A DNA stretch of 64,000 bases. Source: Psilocybe cubensis. Taxonomy: Eukaryota. The notes under the pieces are model-generated. The model was not told where the DNA came from and ran no database searches. It saw nothing but the letters and a program-made list of their open reading frames with translations. This document shows, one piece after another, positions 41,602-55,800 of this stretch. The stretch spans positions 1,240,001 through 1,304,000 of the forward strand of contig CM039000.1 in assembly GCA_017499595.2 (NCBI GenBank). Reading direction: 5' to 3'. Every line of letters starts with the position of its first letter. The stretch's first letter is position 1. A program made the translations under genes and the position numbers.

Positions 41602-42723
41602 ACAGTGACATTTTGAATTTTCCTGAGTGATGAAAGCTAGTCGCTGTGCTGAGAATGAGGGAATTTGAACTTCAAAACCACGAAGAATTTTTGAATAAGT
41701 GGTCTAAACGGTGCAAACAAACTGATCAATGTAATTATCGTCACGACGCGTCGCGTGAGTTTGGCTTTGTTGACGTGATATCTTGGGTCTCCGATTCAAC
41801 ACCATCTGGTCCGACGACAGTCAAGCTCAAATTTGTTTTAACTCTCATCGTTTAGCGTCCTCGACAGTCATTTCGTCTCCATCAAATTCTAGTTATCTTT
41901 GTGAAAATAAAATAATCATAGGAAAGTTTCTTCAGATCAGTGTTTACTCTGTATTGGCTATGGTTGACTCGCTGAGTCCGCGGCGCGTATGGCAGTCATG
42001 ATGTGTTGTAACCTTGATTTCGCCAGACCCTGAGGGTAAATCATTTTCAATAATCCTGATGACTTTCACCCACCTTGTGATAGGTATTTCTCTTCTTCGA
42101 TTATCGCGCAAATTACAATGATCGCCCACCTTTGTTCCTTTTAGCACAGGTGTATTTCCAAGCCACGAGCTGTCTGCGAGTCATAAATGAGGTGAAAACC
42201 TTTGCCATATGGGCCCTATTTGAACCCTATTAAAGGATCATCACTGTTCATATGATCCACTTTAAGCCACGATGGTCGCAATGATTGATGATTCCTCGCC
42301 TCTTGGCTCCAGAAGATTCTTGGGTCTATAGACTGATGCCCCACCGGTAAGATCTACAGTTACATTTGTTCCTCATATACAGTACCTTACTCACTCTTAT
42401 TACAATAATCCTTAGTATACTCGGCGTATCCCCATTGGCACATTAGGTACGCGTCGACATCCACCGTTCCTCTGAAGATGTTCTCCAACAATCTGCGATA
42501 AATGAGTACCAAGCACGTAATATTCGGAAGCGCACACAACCTCCTCTGTTGTCCGGTTGAAGCGGGAGAAAAGGTATCGCGTTACAACCATTCCCGTTCT
42601 TTTTTTCGTATCATATATCACAGCTGAGATATTTTAAGGCCGTAATGTGTTTGCAATATATATATTAGAAACAAGAAAGCCACGAGTCCCATATGAGTGG
42701 TTGTCCCTCCTAAATCTCATACC

Positions 42724-44835
42724 ATGTTTGAAGGTCTACTTGCGCCGATAGGTCACCATACGAGCTACTGGATGTTGGGAGGGATCATTGTTTGTGGGAT
42801 CATTGACAAAGCAATAAGAGCCAGGAGGAGAAATCCTCGACTTTTGCCTCGTCCTCCTGGTCCCAAAGGTCTTCCGATCTTAGGAAGTGCATTGGAAATG
42901 CCTCGCGAACAACCGTGGCTTGTATACGATCAGTGGTTCAAGGTTTACGGTGCGTTATTTTCTGTATCTTTACAGCTTTTAACTATTGGAATTCAATGTA
43001 CTCATTTTATCTTCAGGAGATATGGTGTATTTCGAAGTTCTCGGGCAACCGTTCCTTGTTCTCGGGTCTCTCAGAAGGACCACCGATCTTTTCGACAGGC
43101 GATCTTCAATCTATTCGGATAGACCACGAATGCCAATGCTGATTGAACTGTGAGTCACTTAGTTGCAAAACCACGACGGCACATTTAATACTGAAAATTT
43201 ATTTCCCGCCTCATCAATCATGTAGTATGGATTGGACATTTAACATGGTACTTATGCCATATGGACCATGGTGGCGTCAACACAGAAAGACTTTTAATGA
43301 ATACTTTCATCAAAACGCAGTTGCAAAGTATATTCCCGTTCAGCAACACGAAGTTCGCGTCTTTCTCTATGAGCTTTTAAGAAAACCACAAGATTTTATG
43401 GAGTCTAGCCGCCAGTCAGTTTGTCCAATAACTCATTTGCTTACTTCTAGGATCTCTGATTTCAAGGCCTTCTTCTCACCAGTATGTTCGCCGCTACTAT
43501 CATGAGAGTGGTTTACGGCATTAGAATCAAAGATTCAACAGATCCATCCGTAGCAGCTGCCGAAAAAGCACTAGAAATTTTAAACACTGCAGGAACCCCT
43601 GGGGCATTCCTCGTGGATGTGCTTCCAATCCTCAAATATGTCCCTTCTTGGCTTCCTGGTGCTGGATTCAAAAAGAAAGCGGCTAAATGGAAGAAGTACA
43701 ATACCCTAATCGTCGAAAGACCATTCCAGCGCGTTGAAGAATTGCTGGTGAGTATCCCTCCAACTAGATCCCATACTTGGCATGCTAATTGATAGCTACG
43801 TAGAGGGAGGGCGAAGCACTACCCTCCATGGCATCTGCACTCTTAGAACGATTACCCGAGCGGAACGATCCGTCTTATGTTGAAGAGAGGAAACTCGGTC
43901 AGAATGCCACCTGTCTTGCATATCTTGGAGGTGCAGATACGGTAAGTCTTCATATGATAGTTTGAAATTGTTCAGCTCAGTGTGGTGCCGTCTAGACACT
44001 TTCTGCAGTTCACTCATTCTTCTTAGCAATGATACTGTATCCCGAGGTACAAAGGAAGGCCCAGGCAGAGCTGGATTTAATCGTCGGCCAGCACCGTTTG
44101 CCAGATTTTAGCGATTATGATTTTCTACCGTACATCAATGCTCTGGCAAAAGAAACGATGCGCTGGCACTTGGTAACGCCCCTTGGTATGATTTCTTCCA
44201 TTTAGGCATGTGTAGAGGCATCAACTCCTGGATAGCTATTCCACACAGATGCACAGAAGACAATGAATACGACGGATTCTTTATTCCCAAAGGAACGATC
44301 GTAATGGGAAATGCCTGGTAAAGCTACGTCTAAATCATGTCTTTTCGCACAGATCTAACTAAAAATTCAAAGGACAATTCTCCACGATCCAGTGGCCTAT
44401 CCAAGTCCCTCGGAGTTCCGGCCAGAAAGATTCTTGAAGGATGGTAAATTAGATCCAACTGTAAGAAGTCCAGATTGCGCTGCCTTTGGATTCGGCCGTC
44501 GGTAAGTAAAGGTATAATAATACCAACCGTGGTTCTGAGCCGTCTCTACTGTCCAGTATTTGTCCTGGAAGGCACATGAGTAATAACTCGCTATACTGTG
44601 TCATCTCTTCCTTCCTAGCCGTGTATAACATTAGCGCACCGTTGGATTCCCTTGGGAACCCAGTAGATGTGCAACCAGAATTCAACGATGGCCTGGTCTC
44701 GTGAGCCTTCCTTGAAATATTTATGATATACCTGCTGACATTATTTTTAGTTTCCCTCTACCATTCAAATGCACAATCAAGCCTAGAAGTCCTCAGGCCG
44801 AGGCGTTGATTCGCAGTGGGATTGAAATGGATTGA
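42724..44835 (+). CDS. Cytochrome P450, paralog of the gene at 4314-6506
   Basis: [78 protein letters not shown]. Confidence 0.93.
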
Positions 44836-45013
44836 TGTCTCTTATTCCGTGTCTTCCCTTTCTTTTCGCTCGCTACAGAACGTCATTGCACCCTGAATAC
44901 ATTTCAAAAATCTCCAGTTTTACATATACAATTTCCGTGATTTACATGCTCATTACTTTACAAGAACACTTCTTTAGCTTAAAAGTGTATCGCATCTTAC
45001 TTGGCGTGGCCGC

Positions 45014-47511
45014 TTAGCAAGGACGAGCATAGGTTCCACTGTAATCGCTACCCTCTCCTTCTTTTAGGTTGCTCTCGGGATGTTCATGCTTCTTTGGCTT
45101 TTGAATGTGACCAAGGGTATTCAAACTGTGCATCGATGACGAGGAGTCTGCCAGTTGCTCTGTGATTTCAACCTAGAGATCAAAGGTTCAGTGCATTGGA
45201 TCGAATTCGTTTTGACCGCAGTACCCACAATGTCATCAATAAGTTTGTCAATTAACTAAAAAAATTTCGGAATTGTAAATTTCCACCACCTCAAAAGTCA
45301 AGAATGACTGTACATACAACTTCGGTAACGTTTTCTCGAACGACCACACGAAGAATTTCGATTTGCTCAAGCGAAGGAGGTAACTCATAGTTTGGAACAA
45401 TCCTAAGCCATGCCTATCAGTAATTCTTGCGAGAGAAGGGAGAAAACAAAACGAACCAGCCCTTGGCTCTCAGAAGGGTCTGAATCCATTTCTGCTGAAT
45501 TTCGGGATGCTTTTCTTTGAAATTGTCAGAGAATCTAAAAGCAACCACTGGCAAGCCTGGTTCGTATGCCTGTAATTCATTTGTGTAACTGAGATCCTAT
45601 GATTAAATGAATGCAGAAAATGAGTACCTCGATGTCAGCGTCGTCAATTCCATGAGGGTCCTTTGCACCAACAGCTCGATGTATGTCACTGAGGACAGTG
45701 TAATATCCGGTCTTCTCCAGAGCGCGGCTTAATTCTCTAGCATTCTTCATATCAGCAAGTCCTACAGATCGGTATCCTTCGAACCCAAGATGGACGAGGT
45801 TGAAATATTGAGCAAGGATCGGGGCAGCTGGTCGCGAGAAATTTAGCGAAAATGAATACTCCACTGAACCGAGATAGTGAAGCTCAAATATAAGGTCTTT
45901 AGGAAGGTGAGCCTTGTCCCGCCAGACGACCCAGCCGACGCCGACATAGCTGAGGCCGAACTTGTGGCCTCTATAGTTTTTATGAGACTCAACTTAGACG
46001 TCATTATTCCAAGTTAGATGCTTACGAAGTGTTGATCGATACTACGCGCGGAAGCTTGAAGTCCCAGACCATCTTGGGCTAAGAAGAAATCAGCACCTCA
46101 ACCCAGGCGAAACAAAAAAAATACTAACATGAACAAAAGGTGCAACAAAGCCTCCAGAAGCACCATCAACTACAATATGTATGAGAGAATGCCCAAAAGG
46201 CCTTTCGTCTTCCATGCTCACCGTGTATGGGTACATAGATCCCTGTCCTCTTTTCGTATTCGTCCAAAAGATCAGACATTTCCTTCACTGGCTCGTAATG
46301 GCCAGTGTATGTACCTGCAAAGCTTGAATATACAGCCAAACCAAACCAAAATCAAGCTACACGTACTCCCTAAAATTATGAAAATACCAATTGTATTTTC
46401 ATCCACAAAATCCATAGCTTTCTTAGGGTCGAGTCGATATTTACTTTCGACAGAAACGGGAACCAGCCTGCACTCGACGTCGAAATAACGAGCAAACTTT
46501 TCGAGAGCGACTTGGGCATTAGCACCCATCACAATGTTGGGACTAAAGACGATTAGCCCATACTGTTATGCACATTAGAACAAGTATTACCCTGGTTCGT
46601 GGATGTTCTTCCCAGCCGCCTTCATCCTGGCTTGCCACATCTTCTTCATAGCAAGTCCGCCGAGTTGAATAGCCTCAGATGAACCGGTTGTGGCTGTCCC
46701 AACAGCTTGCTTCGCCGAAGGAGCGTGCCATAAGTCGGCCAAAATCGACACACCTAATAAGAAACATCAGTGGTAAGGACTGGCTGTCAGATATCGTGCG
46801 CATTACATCGAGTGTGAATAATCTCTATATATCAAAAAAAAAATTCGGGTCAGACTAAAAATGATCACAGCGTATATCTACGTACGGGTAGCTGGATATT
46901 CGTCGCTATCTAATGTTGACGTGAGCAAAAAGAATTAGTGAGATATACGCATAAACGTACCTATCAAATTTTTGGCAATGTTCTCATGGACAAGTTGCTC
47001 GCCCTGAGGAGGCATCCAGGTGTGAACGAATGATGCTAAATTCAGAACTGTGGATCCATCTAAAGGAAATGAGGGTCCGAACTAGTGACCGACACGTTTA
47101 ATAAATCGAATTTACCTAGGGCAAGCTCGTCATGTATGAGCCTGTAGGCTGCGTCTGCACTGATACCCTGAAAATATCAATTTAGCCAAAGGAATTGGAG
47201 GACTTGATGAAGAAAATTCCACCTTGGACGCAATGTTGTACTTGGGAACTGGGTTGGTAACATATCTGTCACCATATGAATAGGTAGCTTCTTGGTGAGC
47301 TGTAGCTGTATGATGAGCCTTTTCCTTTGGACTTTTCTTGTCCTATATGTGATAGGACCAGAGTCAGTAATACAGGAGGGCGAAAAGGCTCAGAGGGTGT
47401 TACTTACCCTAGAATCTCGGATAAGCTTGTCGGTGTTAACGTGCTATGAAAGAAGGATGTCAGATGTTAAGGGGGCTCAGTAGGAAGTGAACGTACTTTG
47501 GAGAGCGCCAT
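45014..47511 (-). CDS. Glutamate decarboxylase (PLP-dependent), many short exons
   Basis: [94 protein letters not shown] (PLP lysine); [10 protein letters not shown]. Confidence 0.93.
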
Positions 47512-48003
47512 GGTGGGCAGAGGAAAGAATGGGACGGTATGACACAATGAGTTACTCCGCTATATATACCTTAAAGGATTCCAAGGCGATGTTGTCCTTC
47601 GAAATTCATAAAATAGAAAAATAGTGATGTCATTGGACAGCGTTGGACCATTGCATTTGGCTTTTTCAAACCCGCAGATATTTTTATAGGAGCTATTTTC
47701 TGCCAATGCTCCAAAAAGTGTGTTGTTCAACATGTGTCGCAAGATGCTCAAAATTTGAGTGGTTCATATAGCGATGTATGGTGAGAACGAAGGCTGTTTA
47801 AATGACAAGCTCTGCAAGATGAACTGTCGCCAATGCTGGATGCAGTTGTGAGACAAGTTTAGACGCGGTCTCACTCGGCGCAGAGCCGCTGTGCACTACT
47901 TTCTGTGCGCGACGTGAATGTCACGGGACTTCCCGCGATTATACTTACGCGCCCAAATGAGGCGACGCTTTTAACCCTTTTAACACTCCTTTCCACTGCT
48001 AGC

Positions 48004-48379
48004 ATGGGCGGTCCAAATCTCGAAATATTCAAGTTTTCACTCTATCTCTTTGTCCCCATAGCTGCCCTTGTGCACTTCGGTGACCCAGATTGGTACAGAG
48101 CCGTTGTCGTTCCTGTGAGTCGGGTTCCCTTTCAGACACGCTGCAATTTGCTCATTAATTGCCATAGTATCGCGACAAGCTCTTTCCCTCACTGGATCGT
48201 ACGAATCAGGTATATTCGTACTCCCCAATTCTTAGTGACTCCCTGTTTATAATTTTCTGTAGCGAATTCCTACAGACCAGTCAGGCGTGCGAGAAGAACT
48301 GGCGAGGATTAAAGCCGAGAGACTGGCTAGACGGGCACAGAGGGAAGCAGAAGAAGCAAAATCCTCAGAGCAAAATTAA
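48004..48379 (+). CDS. PET100: Pet100 cytochrome c oxidase assembly factor
   Basis: MGGPNLEIFKFSLYLFVPIAALVHFGDPDWY...YRDKLFP...RIPTDQSGVREELARIKAERLARR; the LExFKF and P...REEL pattern of Pet100. Confidence 0.8.
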
Positions 48380-48521
48380 AATGATAATGTGGACCTTGAA
48401 TTGCATTTCTATCACGTTTCTAATTTATCACGGCTTACATTGAACGCTAGACATACACGCCTAACCCCAGTCGATTCATCTCTTCTAAAACAGCAGTTTT
48501 TACGCTCTAAACTCTATAAAA

Positions 48522-49895
48522 TCAAAAGCTAAACAGCTCTCCGTCATCATACTTGACATTCCACCGCATTCTAGGATCTTTAGGCACATCCTGCGACAAC
48601 CTCTCGTACTCTGCCGCAGTCTCTAGATCAATCTTGAAGCCCCCGCAAACAATGAATACAACCACTCGGCCACTTGTCTTTGTACATTTTTCGACAGGCA
48701 CTAGCTTTTCGAATAGCTGCTTGTGGTACGCTGGTACAAGGGTAGTGGAACATGCGAGTTCTACCAAGAACTTATGGTCATCTTTACACCAATGGTATTC
48801 AGTACAGAGAACGGGAAAGGAAGACAGATACGTATATACGTACGAGCGAAATCTGCGAGTGTTTGCATACTCAACTCGTCCGGTACGCTCACCGTTTTCA
48901 CGCCACCTTTCCGCTCGAGCGACATGCTGACGATTTTCGGTGCTGGCTCAGATGCCCCCAACGATCCCGATGCTTTGGACGAAAAGCCCGTGAAATGTGC
49001 CAAATGTACCTTATTTTCATCGTTATAAACCAGGTTTACTCCTGGAGGTAATACTTTCTTCTCGCTGTTGAACCTTCCACCGTTAAGTGACATTGACCAA
49101 TAGAAGCAATCAGAACCGATTGTTTCCAACGCGATAAGAGGCACTATCGGAGCAATGATACAATTTTGAGACTCGAATATCCGCATGACGAATACAATCC
49201 ACCCACCATGATCCCAGCCAACAGCTTGACACCCTACTATAATTCCTCCAAGAAGTCCTGCTCCTCCTACACTGCAAAAGATAGCATCGGGTTCTTGTCC
49301 AAGCTGGTTTCTGATCTCGTGAATCATGGAGCTATGTCCCTCCCATACTGTGGGGTCGTTGTATGCCGGCACCATAACACTATAATCGATGAATTTGAAT
49401 GTCTTTGGAATGCGTATAATTTCATGCGACATACGCATGGGGTTCTTTGGCAACAAGTTCTTCTGCTCTTTTCAGAGCTTCCGAGTATTGTCGACCACCA
49501 ACAATGACCTCTGCTCCCTCGCGTTTCAGCAAAGCCAAAGTAGTTGCAGTTACGCCTTCTGGGATGAAAACGCTGCACTTGAGCCCAAGCGATTTCGCGG
49601 CACATGCTGCAGCTAATCCTGCATTGCCTCCCGATGCGATCACAACATGGACATCAGGACCTAGATCCTTTTTTGCTTTCTGGATGAAATGAGAAATCCC
49701 TCTGTATTTGAACGAATGACTGGGATGCAAATTCTGAGATCGGGATATTTTGTCAGTATTTAAGCTGTTGTGACTTGACCAAATCTTGGAAGGAGTTCAT
49801 ACCTCAAGTTTGAGGTACACAGCGGCACCAGTGATCTCTGAAAGATGACTTGAATATATGAGGGGTGTTTCTTTCCACAAGTGATTGACGGTCAT
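48522..49895 (-). CDS. L-serine/threonine dehydratase (fold-type II PLP enzyme)
   Basis: TPLIYS..VYLKLE/NLHPSHSFKYRGI (PLP lysine); ASGGNAGLAAA; CSVGGAGLLGG; LVELACSTTL; VFIVCGG. Confidence 0.88.
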
Positions 49896-51196
49896 ATTGA
49901 GAAATAGCTTTAACTGATATTGTTGATGTTTCCAAAAATTGTGCGGCTGGCAGTCGACCTTTAAAGGGCTTGACTTGTTTCAGGGGGAAGGTATGATTTG
50001 CACAACATCAACAACACATGCTCTTGATCTTCACAATGACTCATCGACATCGCCAATCTTGGTCACAACGCTATTTGAACCTCTATCAACTCTTCCCTTC
50101 AAATTATCTTCAGATCTAGCAATCCAAGGAATTCGGATTGCGAAGACGATCATATGAAGGACGAATAACCATAGCAAAACTCCAAACGATACACAATCCT
50201 ATGGTTACCAATGGCACCAATTTTTGGATCCGAAGTTGTGTATGCACATATCGATTCCAGGAAGAGCCCCCAAGGCGCATTACGAACGAACCAACCGGAA
50301 AATTGCTTAAGATTAAATGACTCGCCTCATCGAAGATAGAAAAATAACTTGTGTCCGTGGAACTGACAGGCAACAGTTACACAGTACTTATGGGCAGCGG
50401 TGAACCCACTCTGTCGAACAAGGATGCGTTGGAGATATCTTTCAGGAACTTCGGCAGTGGCATACAAGGACTCGTAGTCGCAAAACACCGTTGTAAACTC
50501 CATGGACTTTCAGGTCGCAAAATATAAATCTCCTTCTGCGAACTTGGCATACGATCTTATCGTCTAGACGGATATGGATCCCGAGCAAGATACCTTGTCT
50601 ATCTTCGCCGCTTACAATCCGCATAATCATTCGACTTTTTCATTCTCAGTTGCCGACTTCCCTGCAGGCTTCATTGTGGCATCTTTCAATCGACACCAGA
50701 CCGTTATTCAGCCGGGCAACTTGACCGTAACTTTTATCCCACAAACCCCACAAACAGGCCTAGCCAATGCGCAAATCAACGTTCTACTTCCTTCTATGCT
50801 CCGTATTTGTGGTCATGAGCTATTCTCCCTCCTATCCATGGGTTATGCGTTTCTATTGATCCATTAGGTGACTGGCATTCATATTCTCGCAGGACCGCTT
50901 TCAATACTAACTCACTTGGTCACATCAGCCTCTACAGACGCTTAAATTGTGAGTTAGATTGCATCTTTGACGTACTTACCGCCTATGGTCCCTCCGTCTA
51001 TCTCTTCTGTTGGTTAAACTAACGGCCATCATCCCAATAGACTAATCGAACTTCAACAAGTTGGTCCTATGTGCGGTGCTCCCTGGTTGTGGGGACCAGT
51101 ACAGGGGTTTGTTCTGATTGGGATGATATAAAGCCCATTTCAGGGATTTTCTTGCTCTCAACTCACCCGCTGAATTTCTCTAGTCATCACCCAACT

Positions 51197-51625
51197 ATGA
51201 AACTCATCGCTGCCCTTTCGTCGCTATTCTTTATGCCAGCTCTTGTCGCCGCAATCAGCGTCAGCTCGGACGCAGTCTACGATAATGCCGGACAGTCCCT
51301 TGCGTCTGTCGCCTGCTCAGATGGATCCTTTGGAATGTTAACCAGAGGTTTTACCACATTCAACTCGTTGCCCAAATTCCCTCATATTGGTGGTGCACCA
51401 TCCATCAAAGGGTACAATTCACCCGATTGTGGGTCATGCTGGAACCTCACGTACACCAACGCTGCTGGCATTCCAAAAACCATCAGCATCTTGGCCATCG
51501 ATCTCGCTACGCCAGACTTCAACATCGCGCAGTCTGCTTTCAGCGAATTGACTGGGGGAAACGTGGCCAGTGGACGAGTCCCGATTGTAGCCGTTAAAGT
51601 TGCACCTTCAGTTTGTGGATTGTAA
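51197..51625 (+). CDS. Cerato-platanin family secreted protein
   Basis: Signal peptide; YDN...VACSDG..GM...FNSLPKFPHIGG...YNSPDCGSCWNLTY...ILAID...FNIAQSAFSELTGG...CGL with four conserved Cys. Confidence 0.93.
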   Translation: MKLIAALSSLFFMPALVAAISVSSDAVYDNAGQSLASVACSDGSFGMLTRGFTTFNSLPKFPHIGGAPSIKGYNSPDCGSCWNLTYTNAAGIPKTISILAIDLATPDFNIAQSAFSELTGGNVASGRVPIVAVKVAPSVCGL

Positions 51626-52214
51626 GAAGATTATTCATATAAGCCAATGACTTATCACTGATTCCTTGATTTTCTGCAGGTAAACACTCTCTATCATACT
51701 AGTGGCTGCTAGGATATGATTTTTTGAATACTTGACGCTGGGCCACTTTTGAATATCTCGATTCAAATCGAATTTACTTTGCGCTTGAAATAAAGTTTGA
51801 AAATAAACTTCATGTCCTTTATCTAATATTCAAAATAAGGAGGGATCGAAAACAGATCACAGCTGTTAGCCGTTTTATGAGTACATAGTGCCGTGTGGAC
51901 TGGTTGTGGACAATGAAATGCTCCGTGTAGCCCCTAGATTTACGCCTTATTAGGTGCTCTGACGTCCCCTAAATAGCCGCGCTAACCATCAAAGAACAGA
52001 ACTCGGTGTAACCTCCATCTGAACTACTTAGATGGTGTTCCCTAACACACGACAGCAACGACAGCTCCTTTCAAAGAACCTCATCGTATCCATTGTTGGA
52101 AGATATAAGCAAGATAGCCTCATACCTCTGCCAGGCGTACCAATTGAAGTTCGCAAATTTCCCCTGAGTACCCGGATTCTGGTTCTTGAAAACTCAGCAC
52201 GGAAGAGACAAATA

Positions 52215-52244
52215 CAGTTGAACCCCTCTTAACCCATACCTCTC
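52215..52244 (+). repeat. Left terminal inverted repeat (30 bp)
   Basis: Exact reverse complement of 63922-63951. Confidence 0.95.
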
Positions 52245-52855
52245 AAAACCCATAACCCCTGGTAACCCATAGCATCAGCTGTCCACCAACTTGGTTCGCA
52301 GGGAATTGCACACCATAACCCATAAGTTCGCAATAACCCATAACCCATACCCCTTCACTCTCAAAACCCATAGGTTTTACCTACCATATATAGGCTGGGA
52401 CCTTTACTTTTGTGTCAAAATTTAGTACCCCGGTGGCTTATTTGGGTAAAGTACCACTGAAACCTCCTCGTAGCTACAAAAAATGAAAAAATTTCGCCGG
52501 AGGCTCAACACACTGGCTTGGAAACTTCGGCAATCATTCGGCAAAGAATTTTTCAACCCCGCTCTGTTCTTACCAAATACATCAGCAACATGGACAATCC
52601 TACACGGCGGGACCTTCGCCACTGTTTTTTTGGCGTCGATCGGAGTTACAAATAAATACGTTTAGATTTACAAAATAAAACCAAATTTAATACTGAAAAT
52701 TAGCATCCGTCGGCGATGTGTTTAGCCGCGTTAAAAATCACAAAATAACCAGTGCGTCAATGAGTCTCTGTTTTATAGCTTCAAATCCACTTCCTTACCA
52801 CAGTCGTGTTCTGATTCTTTTTTTTTGTGGCAGCTAATTTGACGGCAGCCTAATA

Positions 52856-55800
52856 ATGGTCTTCGGCATTGACCCTGCTGGTTAGTGACATCACTCTCGG
52901 TCCACCTTACTACTCGGCTGAATTAAGAATAGTCGTTCAACGACAAGTTGTACACGGTCAAACACTCTATTATTGCCGGGTCTGTCAAGATACAAAAGGT
53001 CGCCAAAAACACCACCTCAATGAGCACTTCAACACCACAAAACACCAAACAGCTCTGCAGGCATTTCATACCAAAGAGAAATCCTCTGCTTCTTCACAAA
53101 CCTCGTTGCCACCGGTTAACAAGTCCCTTTTGTTAGAGGACGCCTTACGTGCAATTCTTGTGTCTGCATCTCGTCAACCACACCAGCCTTTGTATCCTGC
53201 CAATGACCCTCGCCTTTCTAGGGTCTCGGCTGCACCTTCTTCAACCACTTCGTCGACGGTCTCTCCACTCACCGGGATTGACTGGAATCTATTCAACGAT
53301 GATGAAATTATGTCGGATCCATCTCCCATCGACTTTGCGTCTGCCCAAATATGTCAAGCTACTCTGGATTTTCTAAATTCTAATGACGAGAGTGATGGAT
53401 CTGATGATGGTGGTGGCAGTCCTCCGCTTTCTGAGAGTAGCGATGAGCAAGCCAATTCAGGTGTGTAACATCTAAATAGCGCATATTGTTTGAGTCCTTA
53501 ACTTTTAATCAGACACTGAACAAGTTGATAATGAATCTTTGCCCCGAAAACGTATGCGCGGTATTCACACCGACCCGGCTGAAGCTCGAAAATGGTATCC
53601 GTGGATTGATAAAATTGTGAGTCTTTGCCTGCCATTGGTTAGATTTTCTGCTCAATCAATAAATCAGACTTGTTCTCTTGACGTTTTGATGCACCTTCCA
53701 CGATCACTATTTTCACGTCGTCAGCTGGATTTATTTCTCTGGCTACTGCGTATCAATGGCGTCAACGATGTGCCTAGCATTAAGGCTATGCAAGGCATTA
53801 ACAAGGCATTGCAGAATTTGTGTGGAATTGAGACGAAGGAGTACAAGGGCAAGCTGGGCAATGTATACTTTGTAAATTCTCTGTCTCAAATTCTCGCCCA
53901 GGTATGAATCTATATGTTACAAATGAATACTTTTGATTTCTAACCAATCTGAATAGGAAATGTCTAATCCTCAAGTCCGACCGTTCCTTCACTTCTATCC
54001 TGAAGATACGGGCAAATCGATTAGCGAAACCTATCAAGCTTCGGGTTGGCTGCGTGAAATCAATCCTGAGGATGGTACTCCAATGATACGGCTCAATAAT
54101 AATGATTTTTTCATCTTTGAACCAACTATGCTGATTGATGGACGTTGCTGCATTCCTATTCGATGGTTTCTCCGAGAAGGTGTATTTTATGCCAAAGCCT
54201 GGCTTATGGAAGATACTCCTAGTGGTTGGGTTGTGTCCGAAGATCGCGAAATCGAAATCACGCAAAGCCAATTGCTAAAGAATTTTATTCAGTTGTCAAA
54301 GGATCACTTGTTGTATAACTTGTCACACCCTTCACGAATATTTGGTATGGACTATATTTTATATATTTTATTCAATTTCTTATAAGTAAACAGGTGTGCG
54401 ATCCAATTCGGGGCCTGGGCTGTCAAAATGGACACGTACAGATCCTACTATTGGCAATCGTTGGCGTGTATTAGCAAAGGGACACCGAGTCTATTCTCTG
54501 CCACTATGGATGTACTGTGACGATACGTCGGGAAACCAGTCCAAGAAGTGGAATAAGCACAACAGCTACCTATTTATTCTAGCTGGTCTTCCTCGCGAAA
54601 AGAGTTCACAAGAATACAATATCCATTTTCTGTGCACTTCAAATATTGCGCCACCTCTAGAAATGCTTGATGGTGTGGTTGATCAACTTCAGTAAGTTGT
54701 CACTATCTTATATTTGCTGCACATATTCTAATCATTTTAACTTCAGATTGGCTCAAAAACATGGTATTTGGGTATGGGACTGTATACACAAAGAGGCCGT
54801 TATGATTTTTCCACCTGTATTTGCACTTCTGGGTGACAACCCTATGCATAGCGAGTTTGCTTGTCATATTGGAATGCAAGGGAAATATTTTTGCCGGATT
54901 TGCTGGGCCAAAGGAGTCGACAGTCAAGAATGCCCACACAAAAATCTTCCACATGACAGTTGTGCTCGACCCAACTCTCCTACCCTTTCAATCCATAGTG
55001 ATGTTGATTCTGAAGATACCTTCACACGGCCTTCTCACAAACGGCGGAGGTACAAGGAGTCTATGGAGTCAATGCTTCGAAGGGTTAGTGATTTTATAAA
55101 GGTGCGTAAAAGTTGTTTTATAACAATTTATATTTTAATCACCTTTGATTCTAAGATTGGCAAACCGCGTCGCAAGAAAGAGACTATGGCTACTCTTGAC
55201 TCTTTTTTGGAGCAAGCTAAGATGATTGGCACAAAATCAAAACTTAGAGCTGCAAAAACGGAAACTGGCATCAAGGATGTTTTCCAGGACTTCTTTATTG
55301 AAAAGCTTTTCAAATCTTATAAGGGAAAAGTTTCTACTCAGGCAAAGGAAGAAGCTCTTAAAGCGGCTGTCGATAAGCTTCCTGGAGACATCAAAAGTCC
55401 CGTATGGAAACTTGGTGCGATTGAAATATTTTGCTTTAATTTACTAGCTAAATCTATATTCCAGGCTTGGATCCTCATCAGGACACTCCCGTCGAAATTC
55501 TGCATGTTGTATTGCTGGGTTTCGTTAAATATTTTTGGAGAGACCTAGTTCAAAATCAGGTTACTCCTGCTAAAAAGCAAACTTTGATTATTCGTTTAAA
55601 CAGCCTCAGTGTGGCAGGTCTAGGTGTACCCACATTAAATGGCTCCACACTAGTGAACTATGCCGGGTCACTAACTGGTCGCGATTTCCGAATTATTGCT
55701 CAAGTAGCGCCATTTGTCATCTACGACATGGTTTCTCAGGAGGTTTATGATGCATGGGTGTCCCTATCTACGTTAGTTCCGGTTATTTGGCAGCCAGCAA

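Noticed and set aside
42724-49895. P450 + glutamate decarboxylase + PLP enzyme as a possible ibotenic-acid- or psilocybin-type biosynthetic cluster
   Set aside because: No glutamate hydroxylase, adenylating enzyme, FMO, kinase, small-molecule methyltransferase or transporter nearby. GAD and the serine dehydratase look like primary metabolism and are interleaved with PET100 and POL31.
50390-50950. Possible hypothetical gene (MDPEQDTLSIF...)
   Set aside because: No recognisable family and no supportable splice model.
52215-52375. True telomere or interstitial telomeric tract
   Set aside because: The motif is interrupted AACCCAT(A), not tandem TAACCC, and is part of the transposon end.
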